Counted from the stretch's first letter, positions 1 through 10,606 are shown. The stretch is DNA of 64,000 bases from a bacterium (GCA_965205865.1 CBDBHR010000029.1:544001-608000), one strand, 5' to 3'. Notes: generated from the sequence alone by a model not told the origin. Numbers and translations are program-made.

Positions 1-1044
1 ATCAAGGAATTGTTTTCAGGAAGTATTTCGGAAATCATTACTGCTTTGACTGCCTGGTCGTTGTTTATGATAGTATTGAAATATTTCCGCTACCGTGAAC
101 AAAGTCAGGCTTTTCAGCAGTTTCGCAATCAAGGGATGAATACGATTCTGGCCCAGGGGATTTATGTACGTACCGCGGATAAATGCCTACGCGAGATCAG
201 CGAATTTCTGCAAGAACGAAAAATTAAAAAATACCAGAACAGCCTGATTTTTCGCCGCATTCGTCGAATTTTCCACCACATCAAAGCCATTCCCAAAAAG
301 GAAGAAATCAATAAGATCTTTGACTACCAAGCCCAAATAGATTTCAGTCGCACCGAAAACAGTTATTCGATGCTCAATGTCTTCATTTGGGCCATTCCGA
401 TACTTGGATTCATAGGCACGGTATTTGGTATTGGAGAAGCGATCGGCGAATTTTCCGGCTTCATTCGCTCCGTGAATTCAGTGGAACTAGGCACTCAGAT
501 GCGCTCTGCTCTGGGTGGGGTGACCGGCGGACTGTCCATTGCGTTCAACACGACCTTTCTGGCATTGATGTGCGTGATTCCCATCATGTTCTTCAGTTCA
601 TTTCTGCGAAAAGCCGAGGAAGATTTATTGCTCATGATGGAAGAATACTGCCTGGAGGAAGTTTTACCGCATCTGCACATCATCCCCGGTTCTGAAGTGG
701 AACGGGAAGCGTTTGACGAGCATATGCAAAAAATCATGCAACTCTCCGGTAACTGGATAGCACGGCTCGAACCTTTGATTGATTCGGTAACCGAGTACGC
801 CGGCAGTCTGAAACATCAGATTGAAGGCTTACAGCCCATGGTCAGGGAATTCAGTGAAACTTTTTTTTCGATAAAAGATGGCATGGTCGAATCCTCGGAG
901 TCTTCTCTGAACTCAAACGAAAAGAACACCGCTGAGTTGGCGCTGCCTGGTGTCACTGAATCTTCAGAAACTCCCAAGGCTTCAGTCGAACAAGAGGCGC
1001 GTGATCCCTCCTCTGAAACGAATTTGGATCGTGAAGGAACTTGA
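1..1044 (+). CDS. MotA/TolQ/ExbB proton-channel family protein (5' end probably outside the window)
   Basis: AIPILGFIGTVFGI and ALGGVTGGLSIAFNTTFLAL TM motifs; frame is open back to base 1. Confidence 0.85.
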   Translation: MKELFSGSISEIITALTAWSLFMIVLKYFRYREQSQAFQQFRNQGMNTILAQGIYVRTADKCLREISEFLQERKIKKYQNSLIFRRIRRIFHHIKAIPKKEEINKIFDYQAQIDFSRTENSYSMLNVFIWAIPILGFIGTVFGIGEAIGEFSGFIRSVNSVELGTQMRSALGGVTGGLSIAFNTTFLALMCVIPIMFFSSFLRKAEEDLLLMMEEYCLEEVLPHLHIIPGSEVEREAFDEHMQKIMQLSGNWIARLEPLIDSVTEYAGSLKHQIEGLQPMVREFSETFFSIKDGMVESSESSLNSNEKNTAELALPGVTESSETPKASVEQEARDPSSETNLDREGT

Positions 1045-1556
1045 TGAGACGAAGAAGGGCCCTCCCGCTCACATCTTTATTTCCATTCATGAGCGTCTTA
1101 TTGTGCATCATGGGAGTGTTGGCTTTCATTGCAGTCAGTTTGTTATTGTTGAATCAATCCAATCTTCCCGAGATCGAGACGCAATTCGTAGAATTCCAAT
1201 GGGTGGGCGCGCCTGCTTATGTGAAGCCCGTGTTTATTCGTTGTTTTCAGGAAGAGATCGTTTATTTTGACTTGTTCCAGGGAAAAGATCTTCGCCTTTC
1301 TTTTGAGGCGTTAGTAGCGGAAATTCAGCTAAGAAATGGCCCCTTGACCCGTTATTTGAGGCGCGTGGTGAAAGAAAATCAAGACATCAAACGGGCATTC
1401 GGTTCCACCGAGCATTATCCCTTGCTGCTGATTTATCCCGATGGCGTGATCTCCGCGGAAATCCTCATGTTGCTCATTGAACAAATTGAAGGACTCAATG
1501 CAGGTTTAGAACCCATGATGCCTCAGTGGAGGATGCCCTATCAGTCTGAAGGGTAG
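1041..1556 (+). CDS. Single-pass membrane protein, divergent ExbD/TolR-like
   Basis: Basic N-terminus then TM SLFPFMSVLLCIMGVL; overlaps the TolQ-like gene. Confidence 0.55.
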   Translation: MMRRRRALPLTSLFPFMSVLLCIMGVLAFIAVSLLLLNQSNLPEIETQFVEFQWVGAPAYVKPVFIRCFQEEIVYFDLFQGKDLRLSFEALVAEIQLRNGPLTRYLRRVVKENQDIKRAFGSTEHYPLLLIYPDGVISAEILMLLIEQIEGLNAGLEPMMPQWRMPYQSEG

Positions 1557-1559
1557 ACC

Positions 1560-2195
1560 ATGCGCAAACGAAGATTTGGCATTTCACCCTTGGGATTGGA
1601 TTCGTTGGTGGACATTGTTTCCAATAGCGTGGGCATTCTGGTTATCCTGACAGTTTTTATGGCCCTGATGTCCTTGTCGGATCCCGATGATCCCATACCA
1701 CAAAAGAAAGAAGAGGATTTGCTGCTCAACAAAAAAATCATTGTTCCCTGGACCCATTTTTCTCAAAAATCGAGTCTCTTGTTTTTAATTCGGGACAACC
1801 ATTTGCTATACTTCGACCGTTCCCTGGTTTATCAAAAATTGAAAACCAGTCTTCAATACACGGACGATCCTGGCAAAGAATTCTCCTTTCCGGAGTTTGA
1901 TGTAGAATTACTCATCTACACCCATTTCTGGCACTGTCTGGATTTTCAACCGCAACCTCGAGCAGGGGAGTGGTGGCACCAGGCGGAAACGCTGGATGCA
2001 TTGATCAGTCAGTATTCTCCCAGCGAGTTTTACTTTTTCTTCTGGGTGGATGCGAATGATTTTGAGATGTTCCGGGAAGTGCGGGATTATTTGAGAGAAC
2101 ATGATTTTGAAACAGGCTGGAAACCTGTTCTGAAGCAATCCGATTTGCGCTACTGTAGTGGGGCTTCTCGTTTTCTCAGTTTTCAGCCGCAATAA
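1560..2195 (+). CDS. Single-pass membrane protein, divergent ExbD/TolR-like
   Basis: MRKRRF followed by TM LDSLVDIVSNSVGILVIL containing Asp; same operon. Confidence 0.55.
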   Translation: MRKRRFGISPLGLDSLVDIVSNSVGILVILTVFMALMSLSDPDDPIPQKKEEDLLLNKKIIVPWTHFSQKSSLLFLIRDNHLLYFDRSLVYQKLKTSLQYTDDPGKEFSFPEFDVELLIYTHFWHCLDFQPQPRAGEWWHQAETLDALISQYSPSEFYFFFWVDANDFEMFREVRDYLREHDFETGWKPVLKQSDLRYCSGASRFLSFQPQ

Positions 2196-2216
2196 CTTCA
2201 GCAAAGATTTGTTCAA

Positions 2217-2966
2217 ATGCCACTTGATCTTTCAGCGCTTTCCTCCCGGTGGAATGAGCGTCTGGTCCATAATGCCTATCCTGGCAGAGGTATCGTTCTT
2301 GGCAAAAATTCACGGGACCAATGGGTGCAGGCGTATTGGATCATGGGGCGCAGCGCAAACAGCCGTAACCGGGTTTTTACGGAAAAAAATCAAATATTGC
2401 AAACCCAGGCGGCAGATCCTTCTCAGGTCGAGCACCCTTCCTTGATCCTCTACAATGCGATGAAAGAGATCGACCGGTGCTTCATCGTGACCAACGGCAT
2501 GCAGACGGACCTGCTTTGCGAGTGGATGTCGCGGGGAAAATCATTTGAAACCATATTGCTCACACAGGCCCATGAACCCGATGCTCCCAATTTCACCCCT
2601 CGCATTTCCGCATGCATCGATTTGAGACAGCCCCGGGAAAAGTTGGTGATATCCATCATCAAAGCCAATCCCTTCGACAGCAACCATTCCGAACATTATT
2701 TTTTTTATTACCAAACTGTCAGGGCGGGATACGGTTACGCCATTACAACCTACCAGCAAGACGGCAATCCACTTCCCGCCTTCGAAGGAAGCCCGTTTTT
2801 GGTAACGCTGAAGGGAGACGCGGAACAGATTGCCGATACCTTCTGGCAAGCCCTCAATCCGGACAATCGAGTTTCCTTGGCCGTCAAAACGATAGATCCC
2901 GGTGAGAAAAAATCTGCGATATGGATTATCAATAAGTACCATTTTAAGATCTTAGGAGCTTTATGA
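2217..2966 (+). CDS. IMP cyclohydrolase-like protein (PurO-like family)
   Basis: YPGRGI, YWIMGRSANSRNR, IVTNGMQTD and EPDAPNFTPRIS motifs. Confidence 0.85.
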   Translation: MPLDLSALSSRWNERLVHNAYPGRGIVLGKNSRDQWVQAYWIMGRSANSRNRVFTEKNQILQTQAADPSQVEHPSLILYNAMKEIDRCFIVTNGMQTDLLCEWMSRGKSFETILLTQAHEPDAPNFTPRISACIDLRQPREKLVISIIKANPFDSNHSEHYFFYYQTVRAGYGYAITTYQQDGNPLPAFEGSPFLVTLKGDAEQIADTFWQALNPDNRVSLAVKTIDPGEKKSAIWIINKYHFKILGAL

Positions 2967-3919
2967 GCTTGCGCACCGGATTTTATTTTGACCCGATTTC
3001 ATTGCAGCATGATACCGGACGCCATCCGGAGAATGCAGGACGTCTGCAATTCCTGATGGAAGCTTTGGAAGCCAAAGGGACGTTGAAAGCGCTGCAAAAA
3101 ATGCCGTCCCATAAGGCGGAACTTCGAGAAATCGAAAGGATACATGAATTAGATTACATACGGTCCGTAGAAGCGGCATGCGCAGCAGGATCAAGACATT
3201 TGGGAACAAAAGACTGCGTGCTTTCCAAGCAAACCTTTGAAGCGGCCTGTTTTGCCACGGGGATGGTTTTGGAAGCGGTCGATCAAGTGGCGGATGAAAA
3301 ATTGGAGAACGCCTTCTGCGCAATCCGTCCCCCTGGGCATCATGCGGAAAACTCTCAAGCTATGGGTTTTTGCTTTTTCAACAATGTGGCCATTGCCGCT
3401 GAGTTTTTAATCCGGGAACGAGGATACCAACGCGTGCTCATTTTTGACTTCGACGTGCATCACGGCAATGGCACGCAGCATTCTTTTGAAGCGCGTCATG
3501 ACGTATTTTTTTGTAGCATTCATCAAGACCCGCGTACCTGCTATCCGGGTACCGGTTATGCGTCCGAGAAAGGTTTGAGTGAAGGAATCGGTTATACGCT
3601 CAATTGCCCTATGCCTCCATTTTCCGACAATAAAGCGTACCGTCGTATATTTGTCCAAAAAATTCTGCCTGTTTTTCAAGAATATCGCCCGGACTTCATC
3701 ATTCTTTCCGCAGGATTCGATGCCCATCGTGATGACCCACTGGCTCAACAAATGCTTACGGTCGAGGGATTCAATGATATGCTGAAAGGGATGAAGGAAT
3801 TGGCCCATCAATATGCAGGAGGGAGGATGGTGAGCGTATTGGAAGGAGGCTACCATTATCAAGCGCTTGCCGATTGTATTCAATCTCATCTTGAAATTTT
3901 ACTCGAGAATCCTTTTTGA
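2963..3919 (+). CDS. Histone deacetylase family protein
   Basis: HPE, RPPGHHA, GFCFFNN, DFDVHHGNGT, SAGFD and LEGGY motifs. Confidence 0.95.
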   Translation: MSLRTGFYFDPISLQHDTGRHPENAGRLQFLMEALEAKGTLKALQKMPSHKAELREIERIHELDYIRSVEAACAAGSRHLGTKDCVLSKQTFEAACFATGMVLEAVDQVADEKLENAFCAIRPPGHHAENSQAMGFCFFNNVAIAAEFLIRERGYQRVLIFDFDVHHGNGTQHSFEARHDVFFCSIHQDPRTCYPGTGYASEKGLSEGIGYTLNCPMPPFSDNKAYRRIFVQKILPVFQEYRPDFIILSAGFDAHRDDPLAQQMLTVEGFNDMLKGMKELAHQYAGGRMVSVLEGGYHYQALADCIQSHLEILLENPF

Positions 3920-3928
3920 GAGGGGAGT

Positions 3929-4936
3929 ATGGCTTCCATGAGTTCTGAAAACATTGAAGAAATCAGCGAACAGGTTAAAGCAAGCAGTGCCTTTTTAAAG
4001 ATTTTATACGAGGAAATCGGCAAAGTGATTGTGGGGCAAAAGGAGATGCTCGACAGTTTACTGATTGCCCTCATCGCCAATGGGCATGTGCTCATGGAAG
4101 GCTTACCGGGGCTGGCGAAAACCACTGCCATCAAAGCGCTGGCAGATGCCATTGACGTGAGCTTCAGCCGTATCCAATTCACACCGGACCTCTTGCCTGC
4201 CGATGTAATCGGGACTCAAATTTATGAGCCCAGAAAAAAAGATTTTCGTATCAAACAAGGGCCCATTTTTGCCAATTTCGTTTTGGCTGATGAAATCAAT
4301 CGGGCACCCGCAAAAGTACAGTCGGCCATGCTGGAAAGCATGCAGGAGCAACAAGTGACCATCGGGGGTGAGACCTTCTCTCTGGACAAGCCTTTTATGG
4401 TGTTGGCCACCCAGAATCCAATTGAACAGGAAGGCACGTACCCACTGCCGGAAGCGCAAGTGGACCGGTTTATGTTGAAAGTCAAAGTAGATTACCCCAG
4501 TCCGGCGAACGAATTGGAAATTATCAAAAGACTGAAGGGGATGGATACGGTCCCTGAAACCGTGCAGCCGATTGTGGCAGCCAAAGACATTCTTTCAGCG
4601 CGTCAAGCGGCAGCCGCCATTCACATTGAAGAAACACTCATGCAATACATTGTCAACATCGTCTATGCCACTCGCAAACCAACAGTGTTTGAACTGGACG
4701 AGTTGGCACCGTTGATTGCCTATGGGGCCTCTCCCCGAGCCTCCATTGCTTTGCTCCACTGCGCAAAAGCCAATGCTTATTTAAATGAGCGTGGATTTGT
4801 AATTCCCCAGGATATCAAGGACGTGTGCTTCAGTGTGCTGCGACACCGGATCATCCTCAGTTATGAGGCGGAAGCCGAAGACATCACTTCGGAAAAAGTC
4901 ATTCAAACGATTCTGGACAATATCCCCACTCCCTGA
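3929..4936 (+). CDS. moxR: MoxR family AAA+ ATPase
   Basis: GLPGLAKT, RIQFTPDLLP, ADEINR, ATQNPIEQEGTYPLPEAQ. Confidence 0.95.
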   Translation: MASMSSENIEEISEQVKASSAFLKILYEEIGKVIVGQKEMLDSLLIALIANGHVLMEGLPGLAKTTAIKALADAIDVSFSRIQFTPDLLPADVIGTQIYEPRKKDFRIKQGPIFANFVLADEINRAPAKVQSAMLESMQEQQVTIGGETFSLDKPFMVLATQNPIEQEGTYPLPEAQVDRFMLKVKVDYPSPANELEIIKRLKGMDTVPETVQPIVAAKDILSARQAAAAIHIEETLMQYIVNIVYATRKPTVFELDELAPLIAYGASPRASIALLHCAKANAYLNERGFVIPQDIKDVCFSVLRHRIILSYEAEAEDITSEKVIQTILDNIPTP

Positions 4937-4941
4937 CTCAA

Positions 4942-4980
4942 GAATCCCCCTCCCCTGGAGGGAGGGGCCAGGGGAGGGGG
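4942..4980. repeat. GC-rich palindromic repeat (CCCCTCCCC...GGGGAGGGG), copy 1
   Basis: Inverted repeat; related copies at 14970-15006 and 20529-20567. Confidence 0.7.
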
Positions 4981-5008
4981 CGTCGGTGTTGCATTTTAAA
5001 AGGAATCA

Positions 5009-5899
5009 ATGGCAGAGCCGTCCACCCTTTCACCAGAAGTCATCAAGCAAATCCGTCATATCCACCTGCGCACCAACCGTATGGCCGATGAACTTCTGCA
5101 GGGGAGCTACCATAGCGCATTCAAAGGACATGGGATGGAATTCGATCAAGTGCGCGAATATGAAGCCGGGGACGACATCCGCCTGATTGACTGGAACGTG
5201 ACTGCGCGCATGGATGCTCCGTATATCAAGGAATACGTGGAAGAGAGGGAAATAACCGTCATCCTCGTTGTCGATATCAGCGCCAGTGGCGGATTTGGCT
5301 CTTTTCAGAAATTAAAAAAAGAAATTGCAGCTGAATTTGCCGCAGTGATTGCCTATTCGGCTATCAAAAACAAAGACAAGATCGGATTGATTATGTTTTC
5401 CGATCAAGTGGAACTTTATATTCCACCCCGGAAAGGAAGGGAACACGTTTGGAAAGTGATCCGCGAGATTTTGACGTTCCAACCCCGGCATCGTGGCACG
5501 GATATCAATGCGGGTTTGAATTATTTGAACAAAATGATAAAACGCAAAGCCATCACGTTTTTAATCTCTGATTTTCTAGTAGAGGATTTTGAAGAAAGTT
5601 TGCGGTTGAGCAATCAGCGCCATGATCTGATTGCAGTGCCCATCGTTGATCCACGTGAACGGGAATTACCGCCAGTGGGAGTGATTGAAATGATTGATCC
5701 GGAGACAGGACAATACTTGACGGTGGATACATTCAGACCAACAGTTCGCGCCAGTTTCCATGAAAAAAGGGAAGCATATGAGGGTCATTTGCGCGCTGCA
5801 TTTCGCAGAGCAAGGGTGGATGAGCTATGGGTGCAAACGGATCAATCTTATCTCATTCCCCTTATCCGTTTGTTTCAAAAAAGGGGAAAACGGCGCTAA
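5009..5899 (+). CDS. DUF58 domain protein (MoxR partner)
   Basis: GMEFDQVREYEAGDDIRLIDWNVTAR; DISAS. Confidence 0.95.
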   Translation: MAEPSTLSPEVIKQIRHIHLRTNRMADELLQGSYHSAFKGHGMEFDQVREYEAGDDIRLIDWNVTARMDAPYIKEYVEEREITVILVVDISASGGFGSFQKLKKEIAAEFAAVIAYSAIKNKDKIGLIMFSDQVELYIPPRKGREHVWKVIREILTFQPRHRGTDINAGLNYLNKMIKRKAITFLISDFLVEDFEESLRLSNQRHDLIAVPIVDPRERELPPVGVIEMIDPETGQYLTVDTFRPTVRASFHEKREAYEGHLRAAFRRARVDELWVQTDQSYLIPLIRLFQKRGKRR

Positions 5900-5927
5900 T
5901 GGGAACCTTTTTAAACATTAGGAATTT

Positions 5928-6953
5928 ATGGAAACGCTACTGAAAAAATTATTGAGTGGAGATGATATCGAGTTTGAAGGGGCCCGGGCCATTATCGATT
6001 GGATCATGAGCGATCAAAGCACGGCGGTCAAAGCAGGCGCATTGCTGGTATTGCTGCAAGCCAAGGGTGCCACGACGCAAGAAATTGCGGGAGCTGCAAC
6101 CGCCATGCGAGCCAAATCCATCAAAATCCGCGCGCCTGAAGGCGTAGTTGATACCGCCAGTACAGGAGGGAATGGCATCAGCACGTTCAACATTTCGACC
6201 TGCGCTGCCATTATAGCGGCCGCCGCGGGCGCAGTTGTCGCAAAGCACGGCAATCGCAGCAATACGCGCAAGAGTGGGAGCGCGGAAGCGCTACAGGCTT
6301 TGGGGGTTGATATCGGACTGGAAATTGAGCAAGTGGAAGCGTGCTTGCAGGAAATTGGGATTTGTTTTTGTTATGCGGTCAATCACCATCCGGCCATGAA
6401 ATTCGCGATTCCCGTTCGTATGGAATTGGGCATCCCTACCATTTTCAATACGCTCGGTCCCCTCACCAACCCTGCCGGTTCCAACAATCAAGTGGTCGGA
6501 GTTCCTCGCTTGGAATTGACCGAGCAACTGGCCCAGGTTTTCAAGAGGCTTGGCAGCGATCGCATTATGGTTGTCACCGCAGCCGATGGCCTTTGTGAAC
6601 TGACATCCACTGCCGATACCCATATTGCAGAGCTTCGGAATGGCCAGATTCGCAATTATACGATCACTCCGGAAGAACTGGGATTGAAACGGGGAAATCT
6701 GGATGAAATTCGGATTACTTCTCCTGAAGAAAGCGCCCGGCTCATCAAACATATATTGGCGGGGAAAAATCAGGGAACTGCCAGAGACGTTGCCCTGCTG
6801 AATAGTGCGGCCGCACTGGTCGTGGGAGGTGTGGCGGAGGATCTTCAATCGGGATTGGAGAAGGCGGCAGAAGCCGTTGATCGTGGCAAGGCACTCGAGA
6901 AATTAAAAGCCCTGGTTCATTTTACCAGGCAACCCGATCATTCTTCGGAATAG
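5928..6953 (+). CDS. trpD: Anthranilate phosphoribosyltransferase
   Basis: TGGNGISTFNIST, KHGNRS, SGSAEAL, HHPAMK, TIFNTLGPLTNP. Confidence 0.93.
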   Translation: METLLKKLLSGDDIEFEGARAIIDWIMSDQSTAVKAGALLVLLQAKGATTQEIAGAATAMRAKSIKIRAPEGVVDTASTGGNGISTFNISTCAAIIAAAAGAVVAKHGNRSNTRKSGSAEALQALGVDIGLEIEQVEACLQEIGICFCYAVNHHPAMKFAIPVRMELGIPTIFNTLGPLTNPAGSNNQVVGVPRLELTEQLAQVFKRLGSDRIMVVTAADGLCELTSTADTHIAELRNGQIRNYTITPEELGLKRGNLDEIRITSPEESARLIKHILAGKNQGTARDVALLNSAAALVVGGVAEDLQSGLEKAAEAVDRGKALEKLKALVHFTRQPDHSSE

Positions 6954-6988
6954 AGTGGACTTCCTTTATTTCGGGAGCCTCGATGAGA

Positions 6989-7792
6989 CTAATTTGATTC
7001 CACCATGATAGGACGAAGAACAAACTCGACACGGCGGTTGAGTTGTAGATTTTGTGCCGTATCGTTGTCTGCCAGAGGGCGAAATTGCCCAAATCCTGCT
7101 GCAGAGATCCGGCTGGCCTCCACCCCGAGCTTTTCAACCAGATAGCGAACCACCTGCGTCGAACGAGCCGCGGAAAGTTCCCAGTTGGTGGCGTATTTTC
7201 TTTTCAACATTCCTTGAATAGGGCGGCTGTCGGCATGTCCTTCCACTTGCATTTCATGATTATCAACGCTACCCATCAATTCCGCTATTTTTTTTAGCAT
7301 TTCGATTCCGGAAGGTTTCAAATTTGTTTTTCCCGTGTCGAATAAAATTTGTTCTTCCAGACGAATGACGGTGTTGTTGAGTCTTTGGGTGACTTGTATC
7401 TCTCCTTTATCGATTTCCTCCTGAGCTTGTTGGCTCAACGCTTCTTGAATTTGCTTTCTGCGTTCGAGTTCTTCCTTCAGGGATTTGATTTGTGCTTGCA
7501 GAGTGGTGTTGGTGTTTGTAGCGCCTTCATGTTGCTCCAATTGTTGGTTCAGTGCAGCAATCGCATCGTCTTTGAGGTTGACGGAATTTTTCAAATTCTG
7601 CATAGCCGCTTCTACTTGCTCAAACTGGGTAACAACCTGTTTCAGATCGCTGATTTCCTGGGTTTGCTCAGTGAGCAATTGTTGATTTTGCGTGTTCTCT
7701 CGAGAGATGTTGCGATGCCAGTAAAAGCCGCCAATTGCTACAATAATTAACAGCGCACCCAAAACCCCGATAATGATATTACGTGATTGCAT
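6989..7792 (-). CDS. OmpA/MotB-family peptidoglycan-binding membrane protein with coiled coil
   Basis: N-terminal TM, coiled coil, VEGHAD, NWELSAARS, LNRRVE. Confidence 0.9.
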   Translation of the reverse strand: MQSRNIIIGVLGALLIIVAIGGFYWHRNISRENTQNQQLLTEQTQEISDLKQVVTQFEQVEAAMQNLKNSVNLKDDAIAALNQQLEQHEGATNTNTTLQAQIKSLKEELERRKQIQEALSQQAQEEIDKGEIQVTQRLNNTVIRLEEQILFDTGKTNLKPSGIEMLKKIAELMGSVDNHEMQVEGHADSRPIQGMLKRKYATNWELSAARSTQVVRYLVEKLGVEASRISAAGFGQFRPLADNDTAQNLQLNRRVEFVLRPIMVESN

Positions 7793-7974
7793 AGGACCTC
7801 GCTGGTTATAAGAGGTGAATGGATTATACCTTCAATACTCAAGGTTAGTTTCTCTTGAAAGATATGTGTAGCGAAAATCATTCCATTCGTCAATCAAAAG
7901 AATTCGATGAACCTGTTGCATTAATATTTGCCCCTTTTCTTTTTGGGAGTCCTGATGATTGCAAGGCATATACT

Positions 7975-8424
7975 TCAAACGGGTGAATTATTCACATATT
8001 TAAAGGATTGAAAATTCCAAGTCAAGAGAGATTCCAGTTTCTGTTGGCGTCTTGAATTTGCCTCTTCGAGACATTGCTCAATCGCTTGTTTAAACTCTGG
8101 GAAAATTTCGTAATATTTTGAATAGAGACACTGTTTTTTGACAAACTTCCAAAAGCGTTCAATCAAATTGAGATGTGGAGAATAAGCAGGAAGATAAAGC
8201 AGTTCGATTCCCAGCATCTCAGCACAATTTTGCACCAACACGCCTGGCATAGATCTCAAAAGCCTGACGTTGAGTTGGTGCGACTCACTCTTGGCCAGTT
8301 CTCGAATTTGCCGGGTCAAACGAAGATTCTGAGTTTTAAGAAAGTGCAGTTGTTCAAGGTAGCTTTGTAAAGATAAGTCGAAACGCGCATCGTTTTCACT
8401 ATGTGGAAAGGTGAGCTCTATCAC
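7975..8424 (-). pseudogene. Chimeric transposase remnant (IS110-like piece fused to an IS630 C-terminus)
   Basis: ...VRLLRSMPGV (IS110-like) joined to LLYLPAYSPHLNLIERFW (IS630 motif). Confidence 0.75.
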
Positions 8425-8430
8425 TGCCGT

Positions 8431-9483
8431 TTAAAACTCGAAGATCGCCCGACCTAGAATCTCACCTGCTTTCAGGGCGTCACACGCCTCGTTGGCCTGC
8501 TCCAGTTGGTAGCGGGCAGTTACCAGTTTATCGAGCGAGAACTTGCCCTCCTTGTTCCAGCGGAGATACATCGGGAAGTCTTGATCAGGAACACAGGCTC
8601 CATGGCTGCCCCGGTACTGTTTTTGTTCAAACATAAAACTGAGCGGGTTCAGCGTCATCTCCGATCCCGGGATCCCAATAAGGATGGCCATGCCCCCATG
8701 GTTATGGGCTCCATGCCACCCAGGCCGAGTCGCACGCTGGATCTGCTCATTGGTGACCCGTAACCCAATCGCGTCGAAGGCGTAGTCAACGCCACCACCG
8801 GTCAATTCCACAATCGCTTCCACCGCATCCCTCTCACCGGCGTTCACCCCATGGGTGGCGCCGAACTCTTTGGCAAAAGCCAGCTTGTCGTCCTTCAGAT
8901 CGACCGCGATGATGGGATAAGCCTCCAAAAGGGCGGCCATGCGGATCGCGGACAACCCGACCCCGCCCACCCCGAATACTGCCACCGATTCGTTGGGTCT
9001 CACGTTGGCCGTATGCAGCACCGCGCCGGCTCCGGTGAGCACGGCACAGCCCACAATACAGCTGAGATCCGTGGGATCATCCTTCGAGATGGGGACTATG
9101 AACCCTCCCTCTGCCAACGTATATTCACTCCAAGTGTACACTCCGGCAAGGGCCGCCACGGGCTGCCCCCGGAAGGTTGTTCCGGAGGGAGGAATTTTGG
9201 GCCGGGCCCCAAAGGGGGGTTGGTGCACCCAGGTCACGATGACATGATCGCCTTCCTTGACATGCTTGACCTCTTGACCTGCTTGGATGACCACCCCGGT
9301 ACCCTCGTGGCCCACCACCAATGGATGGGCAGGGGAGCCCTGCAATTCTTTCAGCTGAGAATGACAGATGCCACTGGAGAACAGCTTGACGACCACCTGG
9401 TCAGGACGAGGATCCGGAATCTCGAGTTCATCAATGATGAGACGCTCCTGAGGAGCGGGTTGGATGGCTGCTTTGCTTTTCAT
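8431..9483 (-). CDS. Zinc-binding alcohol dehydrogenase (MDR family)
   Basis: GICHS, GHEGTG, GCAVLTG, FGVGGVG; AAGGAG RBS before the ATG at 9483. Confidence 0.9.
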   Translation of the reverse strand: MKSKAAIQPAPQERLIIDELEIPDPRPDQVVVKLFSSGICHSQLKELQGSPAHPLVVGHEGTGVVIQAGQEVKHVKEGDHVIVTWVHQPPFGARPKIPPSGTTFRGQPVAALAGVYTWSEYTLAEGGFIVPISKDDPTDLSCIVGCAVLTGAGAVLHTANVRPNESVAVFGVGGVGLSAIRMAALLEAYPIIAVDLKDDKLAFAKEFGATHGVNAGERDAVEAIVELTGGGVDYAFDAIGLRVTNEQIQRATRPGWHGAHNHGGMAILIGIPGSEMTLNPLSFMFEQKQYRGSHGACVPDQDFPMYLRWNKEGKFSLDKLVTARYQLEQANEACDALKAGEILGRAIFEF

Positions 9484-9825
9484 GTTTACTCCTTTCATGA
9501 AGATGATTACCGTAAGGAAAAAGGAAAGTAGACCATAAGAATCTCCTTATTGAAAGTATTAAATCACATCTTCTTTTATTCTCGCTCGCCAGTCAGGGTC
9601 GGCACGATGTCCCCCAGAGTGGTACCGAAGTTGTTTTCCCGATTGTGTCGAAAAGCCGTGAAATTCAACATATGCCGGTCCGATTGCCGGCTTCCGGTCA
9701 CGAGATCATGAATTTTTACCGGTGTGTGACTGGCGGCCACCCGATACCAGTCGATCGGCGTCTCCGGATCGCAAGTGCGTAACGCCACAGCGATGCGCCG
9801 ATCCTCGCTCGGCGCCAATAAATTT

Positions 9826-10020
9826 TATTCGGTCTGAAGTGAGAAAGGCGTATCCGGATCAATGGCTTGTTATTGAAGCTCTGAAAACCCATACGGAACC
9901 GAACAGGCGACGATACCTTGATCGAAATGCTGTCATTGAGAGTTGTCCTGATGGAAAGACGGCTTTACAAAATTATCGCAAAATCCACCAACAATATCCG
10001 CATCGTGAGCGAATATTTTA
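9826..10020 (+). pseudogene. Fragment of a small hypothetical protein (YPDQWLVIE type)
   Basis: Protein-like segment VRKAYPDQWLVIEAL...QQYPHRE with no clear start or end. Confidence 0.4.
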
Positions 10021-10263
10021 TCCCATGAGGCCTATCCCTATTGGGCTTCGTCTCAGTCATTACCACCGACAGAGCCGGTGGTTTGAAGGGCCCCCAGGAT
10101 AAGGGCAAGTCGTGTTCGTAATCATAAGACGTGCTCGTGAACGAAAAAGGCTTGCGTATTTGTATTTAATTTTTGTTAAAAGTGGCTCTAAATGACCCCG
10201 ATAAATACCACTTTGCAAGCCTTACTCCGATATTTTCTACCTTTCAGAAACGATGAAAAGTCG

Positions 10264-10310
10264 TTGCCAGTTGTAGTCTTTTTGATACCATTGTAGTCAC
10301 TTGTCATCAC
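10264..10310 (+). promoter_or_regulatory. vapBC promoter with TTGTMRTC direct repeats (putative antitoxin operator)
   Basis: TTGCCA-N16-TACCAT overlapped by TTGTAGTC (10271, 10291) and TTGTCATC (10301). Confidence 0.55.
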
Positions 10311-10323
10311 TTAAAAATAGAAA

Positions 10324-10602
10324 ATGGAGAATTTTATGAAGCTCACAATAAGAATGCCAGACGAATTTTTACCAAAACTTGAAGAGATCGCCCAAAAAAC
10401 GGGATTAAAAAAATCAGATATCACGAGAATGGCTATCAAAAAATTTATTGCTGAATACTATGGCGAAGACAATCAACCTTTGTTTGAGCGGGCAGCTCCA
10501 TTTTTGGGTGTGGCTGAAAGTGGGATCAATGATCTGGGACAAAATCATCGGCAATATTTAATAAATAGACTTCGAAACGCGGAGCACCGCTCGAAGGATT
10601 GA
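10324..10602 (+). CDS. vapB: Ribbon-helix-helix (CopG-like) antitoxin
   Basis: KLTIRMP...LEEIAQKTGLKKSDITRMAI; directly upstream of a PIN gene. Confidence 0.8.
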   Translation: MENFMKLTIRMPDEFLPKLEEIAQKTGLKKSDITRMAIKKFIAEYYGEDNQPLFERAAPFLGVAESGINDLGQNHRQYLINRLRNAEHRSKD

Positions 10603-10606
10603 AACC

